Below are positions 12,891 through 26,488 of a stretch of 64,000 nt of DNA, piece by piece (within the stretch, counting starts at the first letter, position 1; each line of letters begins with the position of its first letter). Made by a program: the position numbers and the translations under genes. Location: the NCBI GenBank assembly GCA_951406725.2, contig OX597822.1, positions 31,620,001-31,684,000 on the forward strand, read 5' to 3'. The stretch is from Octopus vulgaris. Lineage: Eukaryota. The notes under the pieces are model-generated. The model had not been told where the DNA came from. It made no database searches and worked only from the letters and a program-made list of their open reading frames with translations.

Positions 12891-14950
12891 TATGTATGCT
12901 TGTATGTATGTATGCATGTAGTATGTATGCATGCATGCATGTATACGCGCGCGCCTTTGTGTAACTGTCTAGCAGGCATATTTAAGACCAGATAATTACG
13001 GTAATGAAGTGTTCGATGAAATGGAAAGCCTGACTGTGTGATTGGAATATTATTTCATGCTTGTTAGAATGATAGAAGACAAGGGATGGTTTCAGCGGGA
13101 TGTGGACAGAGAACTTAGAATAATAGTATGCAAGTTTGTTTTTCTTTCTTTCCCCGATACTTAAGATTCTACTAACCACTGCCATTAGAATATACATGCG
13201 TGCACACGCACCCACACTCACGCTCACACACATACGTAAGTGTAAATTTATATATTAATTTGAACAAATATAGTGTGTAATTTGAAGGAGGTATGGTGTC
13301 ACCATTTTTATTATTTCTGTAAAGCTATTGAATGTGTGTATATGTATTAGCTTCTACATGACTTCAGTCTTGTATTAACGGTCAAAGATATTCGAAAGCG
13401 CACAAATCCAGTGACTCAGCCATATCATACGAAGTATATGCGTTTTTGCCTAGTATTTCGTGCTTGTTTGTTCATATAAAGCTGAGAATCTCTATTCGTT
13501 CCAATTACGCTTAATTCATGATGGCGATTGTTCGATTCCGCAACACCACAAAATATAAACTGATATATTGCGAGTATACGACACATATATTAAAGACGGA
13601 CAGTCTGCTATAAAGTTATCCTAGTTTCTTTTAAAGAACACGTTAGCTCTATGAACGGATTTAGAAAAAAAATTCTATACTTCTGTTATACTTCTGCAAG
13701 TCTTTCGTTCTTCGTTATTTGTCAACTTATCTTTTTTAAATATTATTCTTATTTGTCTGGTGATAGTTTTCGCTGCAGTAGTTGTTATTTTTGTTGATCA
13801 TTTATAGAAGCTAAGAGCTATTATTAATTCAAGTGTTTGTTTGAGAACGTGATTGTCATTATTGTAATAATGGTAGTTATAATATTTATTTTTTTATTAT
13901 ATTCAGTGATTTTATGGTTAGAGACATTTTAATATTTTACCCAAGGCTGTTTCTAATGTGAATTTACAATTTCTAGTGCAGCTAAAGCTGCTTAGACTGA
14001 AGCAGCTGTAGGAGATGTGTTGATGACGATAAGGAGATGGATGCTGTGGGGAGGGAAATATAAGGGTTGTTGAGGAGGATGTTAATCATAATTTAATGAT
14101 TGATAATTACAATATTTCTGATTTTAACACGGCATGAGGGTCATATATTTATAGGAACAAAGCCTGGTCGATTATGTCAAAACAACGAACTAATAACAAT
14201 GTCATATGAAAGTGAATTTGGGGACTCTGATCTCACTATGTAAAGAGTTATAAGCAAGAAGAAGGGCAAAGATAAAGACCAGAAATATCTCTGTTCAGTT
14301 TTTCGTTCATTCCGGCATTCCAAAAAGCTTCACCCCCGCCCACGCACGCACTCACTTGAATATACATACATGCATAAATATATGCATACACACACAGGCA
14401 CACACATATACATATGTATGTGTGTTTGTGTTTTATCTGTGTGTATTAGTAGTGTTGCTCCTGCTGATGATGTAGAAATCTTAACGCCTGAATGTTTTGT
14501 GTAGGCTTGATGTCGTTGTTGTTGTTTAAATTATTATTTAGCCATAGGTGCTAGAATTTTCAGATGAATCCGAACGACAAACAGAATAATTCGAAGTCAA
14601 CACAAGCTGCCAATATAAGACCGTAGATTGGAGAAACGGTACAGAACGACGGACGACACATTATTTGATAATTGTCTCGCTTTACATTCTGAATTCAAAA
14701 CACGCCATGATACTCTATCATAAACAAAAGAAAACTAAAGCAGAAAAATTGTTTTACACCACAAACAAAGCAAAAAGGTTCTCATCGGAGAACATAACTT
14801 CCATAACACAATGCAAAATCCTTTGAGTCTTCAAGTTCATTTGAAGTATCTTTAGATAAATGAAATCGATAAAGGTGCATGCGCATAGCAGCAAGTGAAG
14901 TTTGTAAGGGATGGACATTCTATATGCGTCATGTGTATTATATGTACAAA

Positions 14951-15562
14951 GGCGGTGAACTGGCAGAATCGTTAGCACGCGGGGAGGAATGCATAGCGGT
15001 ATTTCGTCTGTCGCTACATTCTGAGTTCAAATTCCGCCGAGGTCGCCTTTCTTTTCATCCTTCCAGGATCGATTAAATAAGTAGCAGTTACGCACTGGGG
15101 TCGATATAATCGACTTAATCCGTTTGTCTGTCCTTGTATGTTCTCTCTGTGTTTAGGCCCTTGTGGGCAATAAAAAAATAAGAATCGTTAGCACGCCGGG
15201 TGAGATGCTAAGCGGTATTTCGCCTGCCGTTACATTCTGAGTTCAGTTGAAATTCAGCCGAGGTCGACATTACCTTTCATCCTCTCGGGGTCGACTAAAT
15301 AAGCACCAGTTACGCACTGGGGTCGATGTAATCGACTTAATCCCTTTGTCTGTCCTTGTTCGTCTCCGCTATATCTAGGCCCTTGTGGGCAATAAAAAAT
15401 TAAGAATCGTTAGCACGCCAAGGTCGACTTTACCTTTCATCCTCTCGAGGTCGATTAAATTAGGACCAGTTACGCACTGGGGTCGATATAATCGACTTAA
15501 TCCCTTTTTCTGTCCTTGTTTATCCCGTCTATGTTTATCCCCCTTTGGGCAATGAAGAAATA
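14951..15562 (+). mobile_element. Head-to-tail triplet of SINE family A
   Basis: Units 14951-15180, 15181-15402, 15403-15562; units 2 and 3 restart at agaatcgttagcacgcc; unit 3 has an internal deletion. Confidence 0.9.
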
Positions 15563-15590
15563 TATATGTACAAATATATGTTAGAATAAA

Positions 15591-15740
15591 CACGTGGTCT
15601 GATCAATAAGTATCCTAACTGTTGCAATAGTAACGAAGCTAAAGTACCCAAAGTAAAGCTTCTTTGCACGTTGTAGCTTTCTTCCGCTGTTTACAGCATT
15701 GCTTGGAAGGTAGATAAACTGCCCGAAGGCCTTCGCAAAG
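15591..15740. mobile_element. Possible mariner-type terminal remnant
   Basis: cacgtggtctgatcaataagtatcc resembles a mariner TIR; no partner TIR found. Confidence 0.35.
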
Positions 15741-16309
15741 TTTTCAAAAAGTCATCATTTTTCTCAACACAATCAAGCAGATATTGTGCACCTGAAATCC
15801 GAATTGCGTTTTGGTCTTTTTGTTTTCTTGAGACGTAATTTATTTTAAGGGTTACGCAAGATTAAAAAGGTTGAGAAACACTGATTTAGAATATTGGATA
15901 AAATCGCCTGCTACACTTTATTCCGACCCTTTATATTCTGCACTTGTCTCCAACCGCAATGATGCCAATCTACACTGGCACTTTAAGTTCCTCCAAACAA
16001 CATCGGTGGAATGGTATGAGGATATTTGAGCAAGAACGACTTATGTTTTTATAGAAGAAAAGCTTGCCAAATATTGCGTCGTAAAGGCAACACTCCAATT
16101 GTAGAAACGTTCGCGAACCTACGTCATGGAAAGCTTAGCATGGATATTACACAGGACTAATGGACGATTAATCATCGTGTTTGTTTTCTTTATTAGTTTA
16201 TTGAATTGGTATGATGCGATTTCAGACAAAATTGGTCGCTGTTCCTTGAAATTCGATCGGCCATGTCATCACGTAATTAAGGATAGCGTGCGTTTTGTTA
16301 CTGTTGTAC

Positions 16310-17139
16310 ATGATGATGGTGATGGTGATGAGGATGATGATTGTGCTGGTGGTGGTGATGATGATGATGATAATGATGATAATGATGATGATGACGACGG
16401 TGACGAGAAGGATGGAATGGAGGGAATGGTGAAAGAGGTTGATGATGCTGATGATGATGATGATGATGATGACGACGACAACGAGGCTGATGATGGTGAT
16501 TAATATGATGTTGTTACCAATGTCAGTTACTGCTGATGATAATGATAATGAGGATGATGATCACAACGACGATGATGACGACAGCGTCAAGAAAGGCAGC
16601 AATGTTTTTGTTGTTGTTGTTGTTGATGATGATGATGAATGATGACGACGACGATGATGATGACGATGATGATAATGATGAGGATGATGATGATGATGAT
16701 GATTATTTCAAAGCCAATTACGGGGAGTGTCGACGGTGGTAGTAACAAAAATACGAACGGAGCTGATAATAATGACAGAAATCTCAACTGCCCCGCCTAC
16801 AGTTTTATAATAATTACGCTAACGAGGATGATTAAGATAATGATGATGGAGTTGATTGTAATAATTATGATGTAAAGGAAGGGTGTTAAAATATGCCGAT
16901 GACAATTAAGATCGTGTTGATGGAGAAGATGTCTAAGTATTTTAACATCCTGACGATGACGACGACGACGGTGATGATGGTGACGATGATGATGATGATA
17001 ATAATGATGATGATGGGGTGGTGGTGGTGGTGGTGATGGTAGAGGTGGTGTTGGTGTTGGTGGTGATTGTGGTGGTGGTGGTGCTGATGGTTTCGACGGC
17101 GGCGGTGACGGTAGAAGTGATTACGATGATGATATTGAA

Positions 17140-17176
<37 letters not shown>

Positions 17177-17470
17177 CCGCTGGCGCTGTTAGTGCTGGCG
17201 ACGGTGACGATAACGGTAACGAAGATTGGGATAATTGTGATGATGATGAGCATAATGATAACAATCATGTTGATAATGATTGTGATGACAATACCGACGA
17301 CTACCATGACGACAACGACGTCGGATGATGTTGGTGATGCTGCCATAGACGATGACAGATGACGATGGTGGTGATAATAACGAGGAAGATGTAGATGATA
17401 ATAATGATTGTAATCTTGATGATGATGCTCATTGGGGTGATTCTGATGGTAGTCACGATGATGGTAACGA
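16310..17470. repeat. Large compound (GAT)/(GAC)/(GGT) trinucleotide low-complexity region
   Basis: Direct reading; source of many spurious ORFs. Confidence 0.9.
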
Positions 17471-17882
17471 AAATGGTCGGGTAGGATGGTGGGATGGAAG
17501 TTTATTTTCTTATGCGCTGACGTAAATTGAAAGTTGAAGCAAGTTGTAGGTGGATGACTATAGGAAAGGTGGGGTGGCTTAGACAGCACACACACACACA
17601 CACATACACAGACAGGCACACAAACGCAAACACACACACACGTGCGCACGCACTCGCAGATATACACATTTAACAAAAAATAAACCAAAATAAACAACAC
17701 AAGATTGTAAGCTTAGATTATGAAGTGTGAAGCTTGCTTGGGTTATTTTGGAATTATGTTTAGCCGACAATTCCACTACATCTGTACAAGCAGTCTATCA
17801 AGTGCCTCAGTCAGACGGCAGCTTTCTTCATCACCATTGCTATCAGATTCACCCCCTACCACTTAACTTTCGGTAAGCCGCG

Positions 17883-17948
17883 GCAGTAGCAGCAGCAGCA
17901 GCAACACCAGGAACAACAACAGCAGCAGCCGCAGCAGCAGCAGCAGCT
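17883..17948. repeat. (CAG)n/(CAA)n tract
   Basis: Direct reading. Confidence 0.85.
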
Positions 17949-18329
17949 ACAGATGCTAAAGTGGCAGCAAGAGTAACCAGAAGTAGAAGAAACATCCTTT
18001 AGACAAACAATAACAGAAGCACCAAACTGAATGAATAAGAAGTAGAACTCGGGTATGTGTGTGTGCGAAAGAGAAAACGGTGTGTGTGTGTATGTGTGTG
18101 CTTGTCAGAGAGAGAGAGAGTGTGTGCGTGTGTGTGAGAGTAACAGAGAGAGCATATGTTCGTCTTCACAACTATAAATACATACGTGCCTCTGTATATA
18201 ACTATATACATACACACACACATGCACACACACACACACACATATATATATATAAGTATATATATATTTATATTTATATGCGTGTATTTTAAATGAATTC
18301 ATATATATATATTATATATCATATATATT

Positions 18330-18371
<42 letters not shown>

Positions 18372-18438
18372 CGCTCATATATGTATATATGCATGCACAC
18401 CCTCATGTATATATATATATATAGATAAATAGATAGAT

Positions 18439-18477
<39 letters not shown>

Positions 18478-18967
18478 TGTACCCTATGCAGTATTCTGCC
18501 AGTCGCTTCATTTCACCGTTCTCCCGTCTACTTAGTTGAAAATTAGCTGCGTTGCAGGTCTCCTTCTCTCTCTCTCTCTCTTTCGTTCTCTCTTTCTTTG
18601 CAGCAGACACTCTATGAATGTATAATATGGCCAATGGATAGGAGAATCGTGAGAGCGTCTACGCTTGCTCTCGAGTACATTAAATGAAAGTTTTATACAT
18701 ATTACCAAATCATTCTCTTTGACAGATGACAGTAGATCTAAAATATTTATGAAAAGTAATTTTGTAGACAAGAAAAAGGGAATCAGTCAGAATAGTTTCA
18801 GTGTGATATCGGTGTATCACAATCCCTTGCGTACTCTCTGTACAAAGAATAAGGACACATTTTTTAAAATCCTGCATTGCTAATGATTTGAGTAAATCTT
18901 GAGATTAGTTTGGGTGTATAATGAAGTCTTGGCAGCTAGTTCAAGTCAAATGACTAAACTGTTAATA

Positions 18968-19498
18968 TTTCGTTGTCGGAAAGTTCGTACCGATTTTTAA
19001 TGGAAAGAAGGTCAATAAATACTTGCCATTACATTTTGAATCAAACAAATATGCGTCTCCATCTTTCCTTTAACTTGAAAATTCCCTCTTTCCAGAATTA
19101 AGGTGGTTTCATGACAAATAATTCATCAAGGCATTATTTTACGCCATCCAAGGAATTGAAATTGTTACCATTAAGACTATTCTGCATAGACCTGAATAAG
19201 TGGAAATCCAAAGGAGCAATATCTGGTGAATATAGAGGGTGGGGTAACACATCCTAGCCGAGCTGCAGCAATTTTTGTCTGGTTCCCAAGGCATCAAGTG
19301 CCGAAAATTAACTTTCTTATCTTCCCTTACAAAATTTACAGAGGTTATGGGAACATAATCTTCTTCCACGAAAAGATAGTTTCAACTGTGCTCTAAATGG
19401 AGGTGTAGTCAAATCCTATTTTATGGACTCAACCATGTTTTAAAATAAGTCGAAAGGTAAGCTTCTATAAATCGGCACGAACTTTCCGGACAACCCAA
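18968..19498 (-). mobile_element. Non-autonomous mariner element with both TIRs
   Basis: TA on both sides; TIRs tttcgttgtcggaaagttcgtaccgattt / aaatcggcacgaactttccggacaacccaa; minus-strand [37 protein letters not shown] (mariner YSPDLAP motif) fused to N-terminal EDKKVNFRH. Confidence 0.9.
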
Positions 19499-19851
19499 TA
19501 TTATATCTTTCCATGCTATACTGATCTACGTATTACATCTGTAGATTTTTTTTTAAAATATCAATTCTATGTATATACGGATGTGTATGTGAAAGTGTAT
19601 TTCAGTATATGTTTGAATAAGTCTGTAAGCGTATATGTGTAACTATTATTGCTATACGTAGTTATTTTCTATTTCTATTCTAAATTATTTGTTCCAAACT
19701 AAAACTTCAAACTGTCTAACATGAAATTTCGCTTTATAACGGCTACAAAACATTTACCATTTCCTTGCCATACTCAACAGCTTTCCTCTGTTTCCTATGT
19801 CCCTATACTTCCTATATTTTAGATATATGTCTCCTATATTTCCTATATTAG

Positions 19852-20036
19852 CAAAACGGGCGAAATGCTTTCGTTTGTTTTTTTTTTATGTTCTGAGTTC
19901 AAATTTCTCCAAGGTCAACTTTGCCTTTCATCTTTTCAGGGTTAATCAATTAAGTACCAGTAAAACACTGGGCTCGATGTAATCGACTAATCCCCTTTCC
20001 CAATATTTCAGGAATTCTGCCTTTAGTAGAAAGGAC

Positions 20037-20088
<52 letters not shown>
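19852..20088 (+). mobile_element. SINE family A variant with (ATT)n tail
   Basis: gttctgagttcaaat...ggtcaactttgcctttcatc...taagtaccag...cctttagtagaaagg followed by an ATT run. Confidence 0.8.
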
Positions 20089-20400
20089 GAGTGAGAGAGC
20101 AGTGCATCCCATGAAAGTGACACTCGGGTACAAATATATGAAACCCAGTACACCCATCATGACAACCCATCTGGTAAGAGTACACCAGACAAATGTATCA
20201 CAATGCATGGCCCAGTTAGAATTTCCCTCAGATCGAGTAGCCCATCCTGCTCAAAAGGTGCCTTAAGTTTGCTGAACGAAACACCCATGTTTTCAATTAT
20301 TCAAGGCCCAAAGAATTCCGGTCAACACATGGCCATGTTGTTTCCCCACGAGTTCTGCTTTTGATCAGAGACGCACATATCGTAGGCCAAGGCAATTTGG
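20089..20400 (-). mobile_element. 3' end of a (TAA)n-tailed retroposon (family D)
   Basis: tgagtgagagagcag...aaagtgacact.ggg recurs directly after ATT/ATC runs at 32914 and 56772. Confidence 0.65.
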
Positions 20401-20539
20401 TATTGCTAGGACATTTATAAATAGAGCAATAGTCTTACAGTTGTTTCCGGGAAATAATGAAAATCTCATCATCAGATGTGTGTCTGTGTTTGTATGTGTT
20501 GATATATACATACATGATGTCTATATATATATATATAAA

Positions 20540-20708
20540 GAGAATTCACACAAAAAACGAAAGACGAAGACAGGTGGTGTAGAAAACAGATGTATTAGTA
20601 TAACGCTCCGAAATTGAAAAAAGTCTTTAACGTTTTGAGCCTACCCTCATCCACAGAAAGGAACACATAAAGAAACAAGGAGAGAAAAAATATTTGTAGT
20701 GGCTATAT
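20540..20708 (-). mobile_element. Family H1 hammerhead-bearing element, copy 2 (degenerate)
   Basis: Reverse complement aligns to 45533-45746; motif cttt-CTGTGGA-t-gagg gtag gctc-AAAA-cg-TT-aaag at 20625-20660. Confidence 0.7.
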
Positions 20709-20764
20709 AAAATATGTAATATGATATATTCTAATATATATTCGCGCACGCATTCACACACGTG

Positions 20765-20870
<106 letters not shown>

Positions 20871-21675
20871 CACACATACAATCACAAACCTACACAACGG
20901 GAGTATATCTATAAATTTGACAACAATCAAAACAAAGACAACGGCACACGGCAGAAGATTGATAAGTAGCCAGAAGCGATGTGAACGATGCACGAGGTAA
21001 GGAAGTGGTTTATAAACACAGTTTATCTTGGAAGAACGATCATTACATTACATCGCACTTTGAAGCATGCTCCTTTGCTGGCAATAAGATATAGCAACGA
21101 AGTATCTCATAAACATGGAAGATAGTGGTTCTTCTGGACCAACGTGAAATGATAACGGACGTTGGTTGTATGAGGTTGGTGTGGGGAGCTGTTTGTAACA
21201 TGATTTCTTAAGATACGGAATATGTCAGCAAAGATTTACATTTTTATGAAGTTGTATGCAAGACCGATAAATGATGCAGAGTACGAGAACTTAAAGATTG
21301 TAAGTTACATCTACTTTCAAGGTCGTGGACGCATACACTTCCTGATATACCCACACGTACATCATACACAGACGCATGCGCATAAATATGTTCATATTTA
21401 CAGACATGCACACATATGCACGTATACAGACACACACATACGTGTGCATCTTTATGTATACATACATAACTTTATGCACACATATCTACACCGACATATA
21501 TACGTATCAATATGTACGCATAAAAATGGATAGATAGATATTTTGTAATAAGGTTAGTTTCTATCACTATAAAACTATAGCGATTTTCTTTAATTTCTTT
21601 CAATATATAACATTAGTCAACCAATAATATATGTACGTGTACCAATATATATGCATGTAAATACATAAGAAATTG

Positions 21676-21745
<70 letters not shown>

Positions 21746-21751
<6 letters not shown>

Positions 21752-21944
21752 ATAAAAATGGTAAGACAACAAAAGAATGAAAGAGACCTCGATATTATGT
21801 AAATAGAGAATTTATCTATAAATGTAATATGTGACAATTATTTGATGGCCGGATAACTGAAGAGATGGCGACGTGGATTTCCACCTCGGCATCCGAAACT
21901 CGTAGTTTTATCATGGCTACCTAATAATTGTCACATATTACATT

Positions 21945-21946
<2 letters not shown>
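21746..21946. mobile_element. Penelope-like remnant with inverted arms, embedded in (TA)n
   Basis: Perfect 24-bp inverted repeat 21819-21842/21923-21946 around a hammerhead; (TA)n on both sides. Confidence 0.65.
21852..21912 (+). ncRNA. Type-I hammerhead ribozyme motif
   Basis: gataa-CTGAAGA-gatg..gtgga tt tccac..catc c-GAAA-ct cgt ag-TT-ttatc: canonical CUGANGA and GAAA, stems I-III, GUU site. Confidence 0.7.
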
Positions 21947-21987
<41 letters not shown>

Positions 21988-23330
21988 GCGTGTGTATATT
22001 GTTATGCATTTGCTTGTAGCCAGGCTCTGAAACGGTGCGTTCTCGGGGAAACGAATTTGGTACGAGAACTAAGTTTTAGATCGATATCTCTTCCACTCAG
22101 TATGTATCAATATCAATATGTCTTTCTATTAATTATCTGAGAAATTTCCTCCTTTACTATTCTTTTATTCACGATAGAGTATCTTCTTTAATATTGTACG
22201 CATTATCTTGCTTCCACATTCGTCTTTAATCCGCCGAGAAGAACCTTCACCAAGATGTACCCTTTCCCTCTGAGGCACTTTAAGTTTTCAGGGACAGTTC
22301 ATACGCCTAGTCTTGTTTGGATATAGAATGTTTGATATATTTACCAGTGCAGTATTAACGTAATGAGTTTCCCTGTGGGAAACGTAGTAGTGGTAGACAT
22401 TTCCGTATCAAATTGCATAAATTTATCCGCAATACAACTGTTTCACAGTTTAGAGGAACATGTTTTCCCGCTGGAGTTGTTATAACACAGCGTTAGATAT
22501 CATGTATTACTAACTGTTTACTTTTGACGCTGTTACTACTTTTTTCATAGACTGCTTGGTAAGCAGCCGGGTATAGCTGAACGAGAATTCTTCTTCTGTC
22601 CTCAGCCTAATAACAGCATTTTCTAGAAACCTCACAACTGCTGCTAGCAATTGTCAGATTGAGTATTTCCGTGGATTCCATAATCCAAAGATGAGAAAAT
22701 TAAATCTGTTGAAAAACTGTATTAATTCACGATGCAGCTTCCTATTTTGTTTAATCCAGTCTTCTGGGTTGCTTTTTTTATTTTATGTTTTTTTTCTTGA
22801 CTTTTCCTTTCTTCTTGTGTTCTAGAATAATCATGATAAAAAAGAGTTTGAAATATCCAAGGCATCAACACCACAACACACCCGTCATTCGTTTCAATCA
22901 TTAACACTGCATTACTAAATCCAATGTTTTCTTTCTTTGTTATGAATTTTTTATTGTAGCTGAATTTAGTTTTCCTATTTCTAACAGATCGAGCATTTTT
23001 AAACAAGGTGGCTGTTAAACCGATGTCAATGTTCTCATTCGTAAAATTTGATTTAAAGTTCAAGCAAATGTTACCATGTAATGCGCATAAAAGCTTGGCA
23101 CAAATGCGTGATGCGTTGTTCATGCAATAAGGATTTCATCTGATTTTCGCTCTTTTCTTGCTTCCAATTACGATTATTATATTGTAAAAATTCAAATACT
23201 ACCAGCGAAAATACGAAACTCAGTACAATTGAAAGAATTATAACTCTCGATATACGAGAGACTATAGCTCTGGGACCGGTGCTATCATGCAACAGCTTAG
23301 GCAAGTACATTCTAGCATAGCCTCGAGTCA

Positions 23331-23748
<418 letters not shown>

Positions 23749-26488
23749 ACACACACACACAAAGACTCACACATACACACTCACATATACATACATGCAT
23801 GTCTGAATGTATTAAAAACCTACATACATACATACATTTAGCCATATAATGGCTAAAATTAAGGAAGTATTTACAATGTTTATCAAATTACGTTACTAGT
23901 TTCGATCGCTTTAAAAGTCAACGTAGTCATACTGAAATAAATGGGAAAATATATTGAAGTAAATTAGATTAAATTAGTCTTTCATGATATCCGTTCTGAC
24001 AGTTCACATGTTCACTTACACAAATCACATGGTATTGTTTATTTTCCATTGTTAGTTACCGGGTCAAGGTTGTAGTAGCAGCAACAGCAAAAGGAATGCT
24101 GGCCAAGAAATTCAATCTCATGATATTGGCCGGCCCTGGCCTATAGTAGAAGACTATTGCCCAGGGTGTCTCTCAATAGGACTACACCTCGTCGAGGCAG
24201 AGGCGGTTATTTAATCACACATATGTACTTATAATTGCGTATGCACGTACACGTGTGATTAGTTTCTGCCGATGCTTAAAAGTGAATTATGCGCATGAAA
24301 GCATAAACCTATATTTTTCGAGTTACTTCGGTTTCTCCATACTGGAGTCTAAGGACATTTCACTGTGACTCTCACCGTCAATAAACCAGGGGGTTGGTCC
24401 AGTAGAGTCCCGAAACGAGTTTGAAATTTCATGAAAATTGTTTGACATGTGAAGCGTCAAATAGTTGAAAGCAGGGGAAGTAATAACTTTAACAGCTCCA
24501 CTACCAAAACCTTACGTTTCTTTGCCGGTGTCCAATCTGTTACGAGCGTTCGATACTAGTCTTCAGTTTGAGGATGTCTTTCTCTCCCCTTCTCTCTCTC
24601 TCTCTTTCTTTCACGTTGGCTGTGGTAGCCTCTTAAATGGTCATGTGCAATACTCTTTCTAGTTATAGAAATCATATTTTGCGTACTTACAGCACGGTTG
24701 AAGGGAAAGTGTACTGGAAGTTATTGAGCGTAAGTCAACTTGCAAATTTGATCTGCTTTTAATAGTATTGCAATATCGATTTTCGCTATACTGTAGTTTC
24801 TCATATATAGACGAGCAGCACCTTTGACTCTCACTTGTTATACACCTTAAACTTATTTTGACGATGCTGCAGAAATAAATTGCAAAGATATACCGATTTC
24901 TATTCAACGTATTTCATTGCAAGAGCCAACGAAGAAACTGCATGAACCAAAAAGCCAAAATTGACCTGCTGGAATTAGCAGCAAAATCTACTTAAATTAT
25001 ATCCTACTTTTTTTGAAAGATCACGAGTAACATAGATATTGTATTTCTTGACATGAAATGGAATTAAATAAAACGTGATGACCATTATTGTAATAATTAT
25101 GATTAAAGGTTAAATTATTAAAGAATAACATAAGATTAACGAAAAGACAACAGTTTGAATAGAATATTTGTGGAAGTGCCAATATAAGAAATCGTTATGT
25201 TTCCTATTATATGGATTTGTAATTTCACGCATATGTTATCCGAGCAATTAGTTTACTTCTCTTTGCTTCAAATACATAGATGCTATATTGCATGTATCTC
25301 ATTACTCAGTGATATTTGCTTCGGTATGATAGGAACATAAAATTTCGTAGGAAAAAAAATTACGATGAGTGATTTACCGTGACGAGTCAAAAATCAGACA
25401 TCTTCAGAGAGGAAAAATATAGACATAATAAAAACCACACTAGTAAACGTACGAATGGATAAAACAAGGCAATGTAAAGAAGAGTGGAGTAGCAGGGAGA
25501 TAGGTAGGAAGAAAAGTGTGTGGGGGGAGAAGGGGCTGCAACTAGTGAGAATAACAAGCCGTATGGGAGAAAATAAAATGAAGAAGGGTTAAAAATTAGT
25601 AATTAAAACCAGATTCCCTTGAAATAGTGTCACTTGAACTGACATAAACGGTATGACAGTTCAATTAATACTATGTTCCTTAGAGGAAAGTATCATTGAT
25701 TAAGATAGTCCTCCATATGGATTATTTAAATAAAAGAGATTAGTCATATCTGGAATGCTATCAATCATAATTATACTCTTTCAAAACTTGTATGAAGCTA
25801 AATATAGTACAAAAAAAAAATGATCACTCCATATTACTCATAAGCCATTTTCACACGTAAATAGGAGATCGTGTTGACAATATTAATACAATTCTTTTCA
25901 TAATTTGCGAACTCATAATTAGAGTAAACATTTCTTATGTATACAAGCAACTGCTGTATGTTACTTACTGCGTTTTTCGTAAAAGTACACATAGAGCAGT
26001 TAAATTTCTATCTGTAATGTTAACCCAACTGTTAGAACTGTTATTCATATTAATGTTACATTATTATTTCTGGTATAGGCACAAAGCCAAAAAATTTGAG
26101 GAGAGAAGTATAATCCCAGGTACTTAAGTGGTAATTATATTTTAATGATTTACTCATAAGAGGAAAGGAAAGAGTAAAATATATGATCATTTCTGAGGAT
26201 TCGTGTGAGTAAGTAGGAAGTTAAGCTCCGCCTTGAGACCGAAGCTAAAAACTTATAAGTGATTCAACTCAGCTACCAAAATCCCCTATGCTCTGGTGGT
26301 GTTGTTAAACTGGGTTCCAGTTAAGCTTACCTCTTAGAAATAGGAAAGGTCACACCGACACGTTTCTACGCAGTGTCTGATAAAGAAGAAATTAGTCAAT
26401 CCAGTGTGATATGGAAGGACAAGATGCCACGCTAAGAGAGATTGAACCTGAACCCAATAGATTGCGAAGTGAACGTTTTCATTACACA

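Noticed and set aside
14951-15562. Regularly spaced repeats suggesting a CRISPR-like array
   Set aside because: Units are SINE copies with no unique spacers; eukaryotic context with no cas genes
16942-17700. Longest ORF (252 aa, minus strand)
   Set aside because: Made of (TG)n and (ATC)/(ACC) repeats; stop-poor by composition
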